From assembly GCA_964106915.2 (NCBI GenBank), contig OZ066919.1: a stretch of DNA of 64,000 nucleotides. One strand, given 5' to 3'. This stretch comes from Podarcis gaigeae. Taxonomy: Eukaryota. Positions 25,706 through 39,918 of the stretch are shown here, one piece after another. Position 1 is the stretch's first letter, and each line of letters starts with the position of its first letter. A program made the translations under genes and the position numbers. Under the pieces are notes generated by a model. The model was not told where the DNA came from. It was given only the letters and a program-made list of their open reading frames with translations, and ran no database searches.

Positions 25706-28332
25706 GCAATGACAATATTTCAATCAGGATTTCTGTGAGCAGAGATAAACAACACCAGCTTCTGATTGCAACAAATCAGGATGCTCCTGTAGGCACAAAT
25801 ATTTTATTATCTTGCGTTGTTATTCGCAATTTACACAATGGCCCAAAAGGTTTCGCGCCGCAACTCTTTGCTGAGTTAGAGATGTGCTACTCATATCCTT
25901 TAGCAATACTATAATTGGAACATTTGTTTTACATAGGTGAAAGCACAGCTTGTTATCGTATGCGGTAGAGAGTATATGGCGTAAGCCCAACCATTTTCTA
26001 TTTGCTCACTACTGCCAATACCCTGTAGGGCTGTGGTATGTTCATTAATGGCTGGTCTAGGACTGGGGGTTTGGGCTTTACTGATTCATTGTTTGACTAC
26101 ATGATGGGATGTGGTCGCAACAAAACGCTAATGTATGTGGAACAAGTGCTGAGCATTACCCTTGAAAATTTGCCCTTTGACTGCAGTTTCAAGGCATGTC
26201 CGCTGCTGAAAGTGAAAGCCTCTCTGCTCCCTCCCTCTCCCCCAAAAGAAAGGATCACATGGCTGGAAAACTCTTTCTTGGGTTTCCTCTCACTCATGTG
26301 AAAAGGCCTGGGGCGATGCAGCAGCAGAATGCAAGAGCTCAGTTCCCAGCTCAGATTCACAATCAAACGAGTGCTAGAAGTAGCCTGGCATTATTAAGAT
26401 CCTCTTCAACAGCCACTCTACATACTGGCAAATTTGGCTGACCCTAGTCAATCATGTCTGAATTTTTGCAAATTAATTTGATTAGATGCCTGCAAACTGA
26501 AATCCGGCCAAATCTGTAGAGTAAGCACCCAAACCAACAAGTAAACCTAGGGGCTTGTCCACACCCGCTTGTCCTGTGCTTAGAAAGCCTGGGTCTGAGC
26601 TGTTTTCTGCTTGTCCTGTGCTTTCCAGGCACAGATCTGAGTGGTTTTACCCTTGCCCAGCCGCTTTCCCATGGAAAACCCATTCTTTAGTGATAAATCA
26701 GAGCAAATGGCAATCTACGGAGAACCCAGCTGCTGTTTGCTCTGTTTCAGTGCTAAACTGCAGCTTTTCCCAGGGGAAAGTGGCAGGGCAAACAGACGTG
26801 TGGATAAGCCTCCAGGAAGGACAGTTCAAAACAGGTCAAGAAATAGTTCTCCCATAAAGGACAGCCCAAGATCTGGGATAATAAAATGATGGCAATCCTG
26901 CAAGCCTTAAAAGAATCAATGGTGGTTTAAAAATCTCATTCTTCAATTTCCAAAAGCTATTTATATTTATTTAAAAAACCCTAGTTGTATCACTCTGTGT
27001 ATTTGAATATTGAAGAAAGCATTCCAATATCAATCATAAGCCAATTCAAACTCTGAAACATGGGACAACATTGTTTTCCTTTCAGTGCTCATCACTGTTG
27101 CCCAAAGATATAGTGTTTTCAAAGTCATCAGAATGATTCATCTAAGCCACATATCAAAGCTATTTTAGCAAACATCACTAAAAGCCTAATAATTCATCAT
27201 AACCCCCTTATCACATCTATAGATATGCTACAGTAACTATTGCCCAGGTTCAACAAGAGGAATAACACATATGGAAGCTGCTTCCACACACTGAATTCTT
27301 TGTTGAATTGGGAATCAGTTCCAGATTGAATAAGGATCGACACTGGGGTGCCTCTCTGCATTGTGATGCATAAGTGGAAGTGAGGCTTCCAGGATTGCCT
27401 CCTAACTGAAAATGTGCCATATGGAATGGTAATCTGTATTTCAGAAATGCCACCATATGGAAGTAGTTTGCCTCTCCTGCAGGTTAATGTCTAAACTATG
27501 ATTATCCAACAGATAACAAGCTTATGTTCTTCCTCGGTAAATATGGTAAAGTGTAGCACCCCAAGTCCAAGCCCACCTCCTGTAATGGGAAGCTAGTCCT
27601 ATTAAAACCAACAGGACTTGTGCTGTTAAATGTATTGAGGAACTAGACATTGTGGGAGACAGCTCTGGCTTTAGCAAATCCACTAGGAGATGGCCTTGGC
27701 ATTAGTTTCTGTACAGAACCACCATGATGATTTGCCAACATCTTGGCAGAGTCAACAGTGATTGCCCTCTGGATGACATGCGTGTGAGTGAGAGATCATA
27801 ATTTTGATATTAATAAAATTCATATGACACCGAGTTATTCTGAATAACTGACAGATGTGCGATGGGTTGGATCTGAAGAGTGTAGGGTCTTAATTTTACA
27901 ATGAATTGGGGAATAAAAGGGATGTAGCTTCCATGCTCCTTGCTTAATGTTATTCTAGCAACACTGCCTTTCTTCACAAGACCCTCAGCTGTTCTTTGCT
28001 GCTGCCATTTGGCAGGCTCCTGGTGACTGTTTTTCTGGCTGGAATGGCAGAACCTAAAGCTGTTTGTTAACTCTCCTTGGCTATGTATTATAGTTGTTTT
28101 TCGATGCATAAAATAGTTCCAAGATGCATCCATGACTTATTTTTGGCGTTGCTCACTCCGTACTATAGGTAACTGATTTCTTAATTCCTTAATGCATACT
28201 GACTGCTGATCAAATTCAGCTACTGATAGATGCCTCCTGGCCTCTGGCTTCCTCAACAGCTATAAGGCATCAACTTTATTGAAGAATGTGAAAAGGTTTC
28301 TTAAGAAGAGCTTAAGAAAATACATCTTGCAG

Positions 28333-28457
28333 AACTAGCCAACGTGGTGCCCGATAGTATGGATCATCCCATCATCCCTGACTACTGACCATGCTGTCTG
28401 GGGTTGATGGGAGCTGTAGTTCAAAACATCTGGATGGCACCATGTTGACTACCCCTG
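28333..28457. mobile_element. Degenerate copy of the palindromic hAT-like MITE family (others at 13020-13150, 34060-34172, 51670-51800, 53142-53280, 54625-54753, half copy 59658-59710)
   Basis: Shared core cccatcatccct...gatgggagctgtagt..aaacatctg. Confidence 0.7.
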
Positions 28458-31309
28458 GTGTACTCTGATTTATACCTACTTAGCATTCCCCATTGGTTGC
28501 CAGGGGACATTCTCTCAGGCAAGTGTGCATAGGACTGCAGTCTTAATGTGCCAGGATTGCCATCTGGCTAGGAATTTGTTGACACCACCAACCCTTCAAT
28601 ATCAGGTGGGAAGAAATATAATTCAAATCTGACTTCGTTTTACAATTTGAACACTTTCAATATTCAGTTTTAAAACCTGATTTTAAGGGATTATCACCTT
28701 GACTTTTAAGGATCAACTTATCAGATTCAGGGATATAAAAACAGGTTTAGATTGGTTGGGTGGAGTTGTGTTTTGTTGCAGTAGTACGATTCTTGCTGCT
28801 TTGCTATGATTTGTAGGAGAGGTACAGGAACCTTACAAGGCTACTTGGATAATGTTGGAGATGTGGTGGAGGTGGGTGAGAAATGTGGTCTATGTCAGCC
28901 ATATTTCATGAGAATATCTTAGTACCATGAAAAATTATCATCACCACCCAGTTTGGGACTTGGGACAAAAGCAGAGCTTTGTGGCTTGAGGACATCTCTC
29001 AGAAATAGACCTACATGTAATCTTTCCTATGAAATAAGAAGAGAGCCAATGTAGTGTAGCAGTTATCGTGTCAGACTAGGAGCTGGGAGACCAGGGTTCA
29101 AATCCTCACTTGGCCAGGAGGCTCCCTGGGTGACCACGGACCTGCCAGTGCCTCCCAGCCTAGTCTACCTCACAGTGTTGTTGTTGGGCTTAAATGTGGA
29201 GTGAGAGAACCATGTAAACAACCTTGAGCTTCTTGGAGAAAGAAGTGGGCTATAAATGATGATGATGATAGTTATTCTGATATGAAGGTATACCCAAATA
29301 AAACTGACCAATCCTGTGTTTTAGGTATCTCAGGCCAAATGCTGACATACTTTCCACATATCTAAGATGAAATAAAAAGAGGTGCTTCAGAGGTATTTCA
29401 TATTTAGTTTAAAGGAGTTGTCTTGGTAATCCGGTACGGAAGGATTAGAGAGCTGAAAGTGTTGAACAATACAAGCCTTAGCAGGGAATGCAGAAAGTAT
29501 CTCCAGTGCTCCTGTGATGAACTTTAGGCAGAAACTTCAAAACTGAAGCTGCTTCTGGGAACACCAGAAATAAGTGTTCCTAAATCCCTGCCTTGAGCAA
29601 GTTGGTGGTGCTAATCCCACCAGGGTCAAAAATGCCAGCACAGGGGATAATAGAGGGAAGGGGCATGGCCCAGTGGTGGGTCAAATGGTTTGCATGCAGA
29701 AGATTCCCAATTCATTCCCTGAAATCTATAGGCAGGGCAGAGAAAGACTCTTGCCTAAAATCCTGGAAATCTTCTGCCAGTCAGTGCCAACAATAGGTGG
29801 ATTATTAATCCAAAGGTATAAAACAGATTCCTAGGTTCTCCCCTACAACGTCTCAGAAAAACATTCCCCTGTCTTGCTGTTTACAATAGTGAATGATATT
29901 CACAGAACCTTCACTGGCAGGACAAATAGCAATTCAGACTTCCACCTAGTACTGGGATTGAAAGGTCTAGTAAGATTAGGAGCTAATATGGGAAATTCTG
30001 TTCATGATTTATAAAGAACTGCAAAAACTGGCTTGGTTGGAGTTTGGAGAAAGAGACAATGGAGTACCCAATCCCTGTGCATGCTAATGGTATCTGGACA
30101 TCCACATTAAAACACGTATATTTATATATTTTTAAAAATCCCTCTCCCTTTTCTGTTTGGAGATATTCAACGTGGATGACAATAGAAAAGAACAACAAAG
30201 GAATAAAATGATTCCATCTCACCCTAAATATTAAAACTGCACTAAAAATTGCATAACTTGAAACAGATAACTTGAAGCACAAGTTGAAACAGATTCTGGT
30301 TTCTTATTTGTGGTTGCAATGGGACAATTGCTGTCTGGAAGCTGAGGGGGAAGGGAAGGTAACAGGTGGGAACATTTCACCAATGAGAGAGCCTTCAGAC
30401 ACACTAGGGGTAAGGAGCTGGCTCTGGCCAGAGGACTGGATGCTTCCGTCTCCTAGACCCCACAGCCCAACTATGACATGTGGGTGCAGCTTCCCACCTG
30501 CTAATCATCTGACAATACATGACAACTAAATACACCTTCCCATCACATGGCGGTATACAAATTAAATGTGAAATGAAATGCTCTGCTACAGTTTCTGGGT
30601 AAAACTCCTGGGCATGCTACACTTCTTTTCATCTCTAAAAAAAACAATATATATATACTTTGTATTGCCTTGTCTTGCAATTGGGAGACAATTGCAAGAA
30701 ATGGGAAAAGCATCCATGATTATTTTTTTCGGGGGAGCAAGCAAGTATTGAGGCTGAACCCCCCCCCCCCAAACTACTTTACTGTCAAATCTTCTGATCA
30801 AGACATCTGCCCTGACATTGCGCTCCAGCAGCGATGGATGCCTGACTTGAACAGAGAGAAATACGAAGGCTATAAGCCACCAGGGACAGAGACCATCCAG
30901 GGCATCATCTGCTTAAGGTCTCTGTTTACCTTTTTATGAGTACAAGGACAGAGTGAAGACACAGCAGAGAAGAGACCACAAAAATTAATGGCGTAGGAGA
31001 AAGGGGGGAGGGGAGGGAATTAGTCATCCTCTAACAATGACTAGGAGAATATGGAAGGCAATGCATCAAAACGCAGCATATCAAAACCCAGAGAAATCAA
31101 TTAAGGAAAGGAGCCAGAAAAGAAATGTCAGGGATATTCTGTGCCAGTAGGGCAAGGAGTATCTGCCAGTCAGGAAGGAGCATTATGAAGTAATGAGCCA
31201 CAATTGCAGTTCTCCAGAAAGGCCTCCTAATGAACTGCTGTCTCTGAAACACTATTTTCTCCTATAAGCTAAGCCTGTTTAACAGGAATCATTACAGAAG
31301 GTGAGTCAG

Positions 31310-31422
31310 CCGTACAATACAATCCTATGCATGCTTCCTCAGAAGTAAGCCTCACTATGCTCAATGGGACTTACTGCCATGTAAGTGTGCTTACGTACAA
31401 CTGTGTGCTTACTTACAGCCTT
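31310..31422. mobile_element. ~90-bp palindromic repeat family, possibly PIF/Harbinger MITE (copies near 5135-5220, 10420-10580, 15085-15150, 23465-23532, 40968-41140, 44055-44130)
   Basis: Recurrent caatcctatgcatg.ttactcagaagtaag.ccca.tga.tcaatgggacttact...gtaagtgtg.ataggattgca hairpin-like consensus; superfamily uncertain. Confidence 0.5.
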
Positions 31423-32367
31423 GAGAGGAGGGTGGGCTGTTTTACACATGGCATGCTACACTCTCTTAGTGCCTACATAGACCAGTTTCAAGGCACTGGT
31501 GTTCTCCCTGCTCCAGCCCTATAGAGCTGGGACAAGGAGCTGGGGGAAAGACGAATCATAAAGCCACAACAGGGCTGTGGTCTCCTTGGATAAGAAACAC
31601 TGCTTGGACTACACTTAAAAGATGTATATTCTGACTTCCTATTTGCAGTAAGCAAACGTTCAAGGAGGCTTGCACCAAATCTTTCCTCTTAAAAACCCAT
31701 CTAAATCGTTCACAACAAACAATATTCCTGTCTCAGAAATCATAAACCAAAAAGCACAATCTTACAGAAATTGTAGCCCAAGGATTATTCATAACCAGAG
31801 TCCTTCAAAATTCTCAGTAAATAGAGCTGTGTTTTGAACGGGGTGCTTCAAGGAAATCAGCAATGGTGCTTGGTGAATATATTGGAGAGTGGGGTGGAAT
31901 TGTTCACAGACCTGGAGTGGGTGTGTGAGCAAGGAAGCCGGAGGCAGGCAAGGGAAGGGAAGAACAATGGCTTAGCAAAACCATCTCTCTCACACACACA
32001 CTCCTCTTCTTCCTGACCTTATTCTGTATTCAACACTAATGTCTCATAACAAATGTAACTGATCTGTAGAAAATACTGTACAACTTGAAAAAAGAGACAA
32101 GGCATGTACTTTTGTAAACCAAGAAAATATTAAATAATTTATTTTTTTTAAAAACCCACACAGGGATTTTAGGCCTGTCTTTGGTGTCCCTGAAACTGGA
32201 ATAATCAAAATGTAAAGGAAACCAAGAGGGAACAGCAAAATAGTGTGGCGCAGAACATTAAGCCTTAGTTACAATGAATGACAAGGCAGTAAGTTTTTAA
32301 TACAAAACAAGGCTACAAAAACAACGCCAGAACCTAGAAGCCAAATGAGAAATAGATTATGAGTCTC

Positions 32368-32428
32368 CTTGGACTAGATAACCCTCCGGGTCCCTTCCAA
32401 CTCTACAATTCTATGTTTCTATGATTCT
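32368..32428 (+). mobile_element. CR1-type 3' tail fragment
   Basis: ttggactagataaccct..gggtcccttccaactctacaattctatgtttctatgattct, including the CR1 attctatg octamer-repeat end. Confidence 0.75.
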
Positions 32429-35400
32429 CATAGTGAAGATTCAACATGATTATCATAATTGGCAAGGCCACTGCTGAGGGCAGGGCCTTGATAGGCTTAA
32501 ATGGATTTTATGGGAATGTGGACTTGCTCTCTTAACACCCCACTAGACAGCCTTAAACTCCTAGGACAGTCACCAGTCTTTGGCCTCTTTGGCCTGGCTG
32601 GCTGGCAGCTGAAGTAGAAAGCTCCCCGCCGCCTCTTCGTTTAACCTGCAATGCCTAGAGAAGCTAGTCTCTTCCCTGTAAACTCTGTACGAACTGCTGG
32701 CAAAGAAGTCTCCCCTATCAGTGTCAACGAGGGAAACACCTTAGGATGAGGCAGCAAGCAACAGCAGTATCCGCTTGAGAGCTAGCTGAATGCCCCCTGT
32801 CTGCTCCCATGCTGGAACAAAAAGCCTCAAAGAAGCTCCTTTTAGATATCCTAGTTCTGAAGCATTTGTTCCTGCTACGTACGTGAGGCCCTTGCTTCAC
32901 TCTGAGGCTTTCCTTCATTAATCTACCTTCATGCAACATCATAAATAACAGGCAACAAGAACTGCATAAGGGAAAGGTCTCTGCTATGGGACACAGAGTG
33001 AAGCTCAGAAAGCAAGTGAAATGGCACATGGCTGGTTCAATGTTGCCCGGGGCAATGATTTTTCTCTCAGCACTCATTCTTAAGGGCACCACCTCAAGGG
33101 AACCCATTACCAATGGTGGAGTTGTGGGCTCCAGTAAGATATCAAGCTCTCTGACCATTTGGTAACGCTATGGGTTCAGCAGCTTGCCCCTATCTAGTGG
33201 GCTCCCAAGAGCTTCGATAATATGAGAGGACTTCTAAAATCTGCTTTTCTTCCACTCCTAGCCTCTGCTTTCTGCAGACTTTCTGCGGCCTGAACATAGG
33301 GTTGTAGCCAATTATGCATTTTAAAAAAAATTAAAAATGTTTTTCCTTTTGTGCATATATTCATATTTATGCATCATCCTACCAGGCATGAGGGTTTTTA
33401 AAAAATAAAATGCACACACCCTTTTTTTCTCTTTCCCTTTCTCAGTTGTAGTCCACATAAGTGAAGGTACTCCCTCCACATAATATCCCATCAATCTGCA
33501 CAACCTTTCACACCTGCCTCTACAAAACAAACCCAGTGCTACTCATACCTAGCTAATGAAACCAGTGGAACAAACCTCACCAACCCCTACTGAATAAGAG
33601 AAGAAAGCTGCCATTCCTCAGCAACCACAAAGCATGAAGGATCATTTGATTCCAAGTGGAGAACAGCTACTAGAGATCCCAAGAAAGGTAGGTGAAACAA
33701 GCACTCTTATCACAGTATGAGGAACAAAGGTTTTGCAGTCTGTATCTGACAATTGCTAGTTCTATCCATATGCTAGCAGCTTTCTAACAGTGAGCATGTA
33801 CAAACCTATAGTGCCTTCTTTTGGTCATTCTTTACCAATACCATCAGTCATATGCTATTGTTGTTTAGGCTCCCTAAATATTCTGCAAGCAACTTCCTGC
33901 TGCGCTGCTGTTATTTTCGGCCCAGGATCCTGTCTAGTTTCTTCCTCTACGCCCGATCCTAAACTCAATTATGTCAGGACTCATTCCTGCAGTGCTGCTC
34001 ACAGTGGTCATATGTCTTATTTGAGAGAGGACAGGCCACTATTTAAAGATGCCCTGTATTTTAGAGGTGAGGAACCCATGGCCCTCGTTGAACTCCAGCT
34101 CCCTTCAGCCCCGGTCAGCATTGCCCATGGTCAGGGAGGATGGAAGTTGTAACCGCAGGGTCTCCACCCCTGCTCTACTTGAAGGGCTGTCTAGTCCAAG
34201 TCCATTTTATAGAGAAGAAGGTCCTTAAAGTTCCCATCAACAGTGAACACATAAACAGCAGAGCAGAACGACCAGGCACTCAAATCAGTTGGTCACATTC
34301 TTCCCCTCTACACTGGTTTCTATTTAAATCATTTCTGAATTTGCATCTATGTATATTAAATGAGCACATGCAAAGTTTATGCAGATTTGCTCTCTTTTCT
34401 TTGGTGATGCATAAATGGGCACCCTAACTTACATCCACTTCACTTACCTGCACCAGCTAAGCAGATTTAGCTAAAAAGAGCAAAGACACAGGAAGTCACA
34501 GGTTGCTTCTCACTTACTTTTTGTTTAACTTTCACCTCCTCTTGTTTAGACTCCTAATAATGCTCCCAAGAGGCAAAAGAGAAGTTCAAGCAATAATTTG
34601 CCACTCTACTCAATTTCTGATGTAAAAACTAGATGAGAAAGGGAATTATTTCCTTTAAAAAAAAAATCAAGGAAGCATACCATGACAATATTTAGGGGTT
34701 GCATATTTCAGGATTTCTTCTGAAGAATAAATAACACTTGGGAAGTGGGTTGGAGTTGGGGTAATACATATGTAATACCTGCCTCTCAACCCCAATCATT
34801 TACAACAGATGACCCACAATCAAAAACTCATGGGGAAAACCTGTTTCTGATCCTGCAGATGGGAGAAGAAGCTTAGAGCTGCCAGTGCTTATTTTGGGAC
34901 ATGGCTCCTGTGCTTTTAACAGCTGTGTGACAGAATGACAACCAGCAGGAGATGCTTCTCCTGCCTGACACTGTATCACCACACTAGGAAAACATCCACT
35001 TCCTGAACTGCCTCTTATCTGCCTGCTAAACATACAGGAGTAAGTTGGCAGTTCTAAATAGACCATGTGCCACTTGTGTGCCTGTCGCTAGATCAGAAAG
35101 AGACAAGATTGAATGAACAAAAGGACGCTGGACTTTCTAGATTCAGACATCCAGTCTGTCACCTTCCTTTACACTTTGGATTGCTTGCAAATCGGCTGAA
35201 CTATCACTGGCCAAATCAATCACAGCAATAGTAGCTATCTGTTCAGGGCTCCCATACGATCAGTGCCGCCTTCACAGTCAGCCATGCAATGTATTTTCAC
35301 AAGCATCTGTATTGTTTTCAAGTTAATTCATACTTCAGGCTGGTCTCAGCATGCTTTCTCATCCTCTGCCCCCTTCCCCACTTATTCAGAGCAGCCTTCT

Positions 35401-37405
35401 TAACAGCTGTGTGTATATAAGTAAAGAGAAATGGACCAGGTGGCTTTGCTTGTAGCCAGATGGGCCAGTGACTGCATGGGGAGCAGAAATATGTTCAGTT
35501 TAAATCCATAAGGGTTTATGTGAAATGTGGTCTGGGTAAAGGACAGTGATCCAACGGCTAGCAGCTAAGCAGGCAGGACCTGGCTTGGAAAGAGGAAGGA
35601 GGCTGGTGTTATAAAGCTCCGACGCTTTGCAGAGTCTTGTGGACTGTGTAAGTGAGACCACGTTCTACTGGACTAGAGGGTTAGGGATCTGTTGCTGCCT
35701 TCATGGTGCCACAGGTTCTGGGATCAAAGCCTTAGCACCTACCAGGAGGAATTAGACAAATAAATGGCTCCTTTGGCAATGATATGTTTACTGATTATTA
35801 TTGAATTGAAAAGCATAAACCAAATGCTGACCTTACAAGTTTTTATTTAAATTGTGCATCACAAACAAATGCCTGATCATGGAGCTCTGGAGTGTGTGGT
35901 CTATGCTAGAATATGCAAGCACTTCAGTTATTTGATCCAGAAAGCGATGGCTGAAGCTGCAAGCATCCAAGCTGCCTCTCGCCCACTCAGCTGCAAGAAA
36001 CAACAACCCAGTAGCACCTACTGAGGAAGAAGGCTTTTCAGAAAACAGCAGCAAAACCCACTTTCTCAAAAGCATGTTGCACTAGCCTCAGTTGGCAGGC
36101 TGTCAATGCACAGCACACACAAACAGGTGTAGAGAAGAGGCGTTTGGCCCCGGCCCCACTCTTTACAGACATGCTGTGAAATGCAAAGGCTAGAATGGCA
36201 TCTTATTGCCTGGGTCGGAGCATTAGCAGATGGTCGGACATGATGCCGGATGGATCTGGTGCAATCACAAGCAGAGATGCTCTGGATAGAAAGGGCAAAC
36301 AGCTCTCATATTTAAAACTGTCGTTTTAGCAACTCATTCATTCAGCCTTGACGCCGAAGAAGTTGAAACTTGCATAGGTCAGGCCTGCACAACTTGTCAC
36401 CCATCTCGTCAAATGAAGGCAAGTAGTGCAGCCTCCCAGGTTCCTGACAACTTTCCTCTCGCCCCCCCCCCAAGGCTCTTAGTAAACTTCCAGGCAGGAA
36501 GAAAAACCAAGTGAGTGATCTAGTGCTTGATGGGCTACCTTACAAAACTAAGGAGCTCCATTCAGCCTGGTGGGTCACAAAGTTGTCTGGGTTTGCTCCA
36601 GATCCGAATGAAATACAAAATCAGTAAAGATTGGGACTGTCTGGGCACTTATCCGTTCTGTTACCTGAAGGCGGCCATCCCATTAAGTAGCCCCCCTCCC
36701 ACCCCAACAGCCTCTTCTACAGTTACTGTACATACTGCTCTACGAAGGGTGGGTGGGTGTCCAAAGTGGCTTAATAGCCTTGGAGAGAGAAAAATACAAC
36801 ACCCACACAGAGCAGAAGCCAGCGCTCCCTTCTCTCTGGAGCCCTAATGAGGAGACAGACTCTGCTTGCAGTAGGAAAACTCAAACTGATCCCATCCTAT
36901 TGCTTCGCTCCCTGCCCTTGATCTCTTCCAGTTCAGGTGTGGGTGCTCGTTTCGACACCGCTTTCTTTGGTCACACCTACGTGGCACCGGTTCAGAAAAG
37001 CAAGTCAAAAAAGCTGGGCCCTCCTGCCACCACTTCTTCCGACACCCCTTGCAAAGCATCGCAGATAAACACGTTTTCAACAGGGACCGCACCCCATCCC
37101 GCCGCCAACCCTTCCCTTGTCACTGACTGGCGACGCTCTTGGGCACCTCTCCCTTGGCACCGGCAGCCCCTTCCCTGGCATCCGTGCCATGCCCGTGCCA
37201 TGCGCCCACGCCAAACCCGTTGCCATCACTAGACAGCCCTGCTCGGGTGCGGCGGCGTGGCTGAACGACTGATGTCACGATCTCCATCTCTCTCTCGCTC
37301 CCCTCCCCCTAGACTGAAAGTTAGCTTGCACCTTCCGGAGCAGCCCAAATCTTGGGAACAGAGTCAGGGGAGCCTAAAAGGACACCCCGCGCCCCCTCCT
37401 CCTAC

Positions 37406-37630
37406 CTTGGGCAGAGAGTGTGGCTGGATCGGCACGTGTATGCGCGTGTGGCGTGCCTGGGCGAGGAGAGCCCGGGAGCTCTCGATGCAGCAGCAGAAGC
37501 AGCAGCAACCTTCCTCTCTGCCGCCTGCCCTCCTTCTGCAGGTGAGCCTTCGCCTTGTGCTGCTGCCTGCCTGCCTGCCTGCCTGCCTGTGTTATGTGTG
37601 CGCGCCCTGAGCCACTGCAGCATCTCTGCA
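37406..37630 (-). other. CNTN2: Probable non-coding exon 1 of CNTN2 (5' end approximate)
   Basis: Good minus-strand donor CCCAAG|gtagga at 37406/37405 inside the CpG island. The ATG exon begins with a splice acceptor, so an upstream exon is required. Confidence 0.55.
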
Positions 37631-37703
37631 TTAGGATGTGCTCCTCCCTTCCCCTCCCTTTCCCTGCGCGCTCCCTCTCCGCCCCCCCCGCAACGTTCCA
37701 GGG

Positions 37704-37706
<3 letters not shown>

Positions 37707-37756
<50 letters not shown>
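37707..37756. repeat. (GA)n microsatellite in the CNTN2 proximal promoter
   Basis: About 25 GA units; (TGCC)n also present at 37563-37588. Confidence 0.95.
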
Positions 37757-37759
<3 letters not shown>

Positions 37760-38259
37760 GGGCACCCCCTCCCTCCCCCCTCTCCGCTGTTACCTCATTT
37801 GCCTGGACCAGTCAGCGCCTGCGAGAGTGACTTGCAAGCAGCATCCATAATGCGTGGTCTTCCTCAGCTGGCGCGGCTGCTCCCAGCTCAGACGGTCCCT
37901 TGCAACACTTGGGTGGGCGGGAGGTCGGCTTGCCCTGGGCGCACCCCGTGGTGAGGGCTGCGGGGGGCGGAGGACGGGGACATATGGTCGCGCGGGGCAC
38001 GAGAGGAGGGGAATCTCCGGCTCGGCCCCTCCCCTGCCCGTTTACATTCTTAGGCAATTCGAGATAGCGGGGAAAAAATCCAGACTTCCAACCCCGCCCA
38101 CCTCCGGCAAATATTTAATTCCATAATTGCGTGTGTGGCACAGGATATAATTTGCGGCGTGCAAGGGCCAGCCTCGGAGGCGCACATCCTGCTGAAAGGC
38201 GATTTCCCATCTCTGGCTGGCATTCTGCAAGTGCTGCTGCTGGGCCTGTTTACCTGTAT

Positions 38260-38434
38260 CATAGGAGCCAACTATTAGGGGCCAAGAGGCATATGCTCCC
38301 CCTAAAATATTTGAGGGAGCCACCCCTCCCCCAAAGTTGATGGGCATTGCCATTCAAATGGTGTGCATGCACCACGTTATGTGGGACAGGGCTTACCTGG
38401 CCTCCCCAATATTTTATTCTAGTTGGTACCCTTG
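38260..38434. mobile_element. hAT-like MITE at the edge of the CpG island
   Basis: TIR cataggagccaact / agttggtacccttg; degenerate TSD acctgtat / acctaaat. Confidence 0.65.
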
Positions 38435-39855
38435 ACCTAAATCATCTATTATCTATTTCTATCTCTGTAGCTATCTGTCTCAAGGTGGGCGATCCCACTG
38501 GGGATTGTCTCCCTGCTAACTTTATTGAGGACCCTGTTAACATGGCCCAGATAACCACATTCAGTGCTTAATACGGAACCCAGAATTCATGCTCAGAAAT
38601 CTGTGCTTCCCAAAATAACAGGCTAGTTCTTTCTGAGATTGGGAAGTGTGATGGAGCATGTGCAGAGGGCAGCATTTCCTCACTGCTGCTGAGTCAGTCT
38701 GCTCAGCCCAGTCTGCTGCCATGCAGCTGCAGGGAAGAGAGTTCTTTCTAATAGGCAGCCAGATGTGCAAATGTGATTTGCCATGGCATGTAGTGAGCCT
38801 TGTGTATGGAGTATGTCCTATATGAACACTAAAACATTAGTTCTCAAACTACATAGTGAGGTAAAAAGAGCCTGGCCCCCTTGCCTTTAATGGCAGCCGT
38901 TTGGCTGATTCTTTTCAAAGGTATGGGGTGCTGGATGATTCGGTTAAAATCTGAGGGGAGGGGGAACTGAGGGGGGACAATGCAAAATAGGCATCAAATA
39001 CAGAAATGGCGTGGAGGAAGAGAAATATGTTTATTGAACCCCAAAAGTTTCAAGTATCTTCTTTAGAGGCACTTTTTGGTGCAACCAACTGGATGCTTTA
39101 GGCTCCAGCTTTGTTAAAAAAGGTTATTGAGACCCAAGAGACAAACTGGTTGCACCTATAGTGTCCCTAAATAAGATATTCGATAAACATTAAATATGTT
39201 TAATAAAGTTTAATAAATGGGGTTTTCTGTGCATCTGGAGGCTCCCCCCCACTCTCACCCCCCAACATTTGGAGAAGTCAGAGATAAGGTTGCATAAATG
39301 CACTGTCTGGTAAACCAATGTATTTTGAAGCCTACAGTAGTGAGGTATCAGGCAATGCAACAGAGTAAATTCTTAATTTGCATTGCTTTGTGAGGCACAA
39401 ACTGCAGTTCTATACACTTCTGTGTTTGCTGTGATGGAGGAAATTGCCACACAGATCTTCTTCCTTCTTTGTTCTTTTCTTGGTTTCTTTTTGCTCTGCT
39501 GTATGTGTTGTGCTGGGACCAGTCCTGACATTTGGACAGGGCTGACAAATTTATATATTACTTCCCACTACAAAAAATCCCAAAGCAATTTACAAGCAGA
39601 GTAAAAATGCAATTATTAAAAAAAATGTGTAAGCATGTTAAAAACATCATAAAATCTTCATCAGCGTGTTGAAAGCTACTTAAGCATGTTAAATGTTACA
39701 CTTATTTCAACTTGCATTAAAATGCATAAGTGTTTGTTAAAGAGATTTCTCATCCCATAAACATTTTGTGCAGGACAGAAGACCTTTCCGTGAAGCAGCA
39801 ATAAGCAAGCAGTTGCTTGGGGCTGTAGAATCAAGAGGAGTGAGGCAGAGGGGAG

Positions 39856-39868
39856 GGAGAGAGGGAGA

Positions 39869-39914
<46 letters not shown>
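39856..39914. repeat. (GA)n microsatellite
   Basis: Direct observation. Confidence 0.95.

Positions 39915-39918
<4 letters not shown>

Larger units (their letters stand above)
36900..38200. promoter_or_regulatory. CNTN2: CpG island / probable CNTN2 promoter
   Basis: The only extended CpG- and GC-rich non-TE stretch in the window. Contains GC-box-like motifs (gggcgg) and lies upstream of the CNTN2 ATG exon on the minus strand. Confidence 0.75.

Noticed and set aside
37402-37623. Possible N-terminal extension of CNTN2 from an exon-1 ATG
   Set aside because: Spliced to 13511 it terminates at TAG within exon 2, and the main frame has an in-frame TGA upstream of the ATG. At most a uORF, and the TSS is unknown.
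36753-38353. Cluster of long ORFs (up to 200 aa) in the CpG island
   Set aside because: Expected from GC richness and microsatellites (ERERER, PACLPACL); no protein homology.
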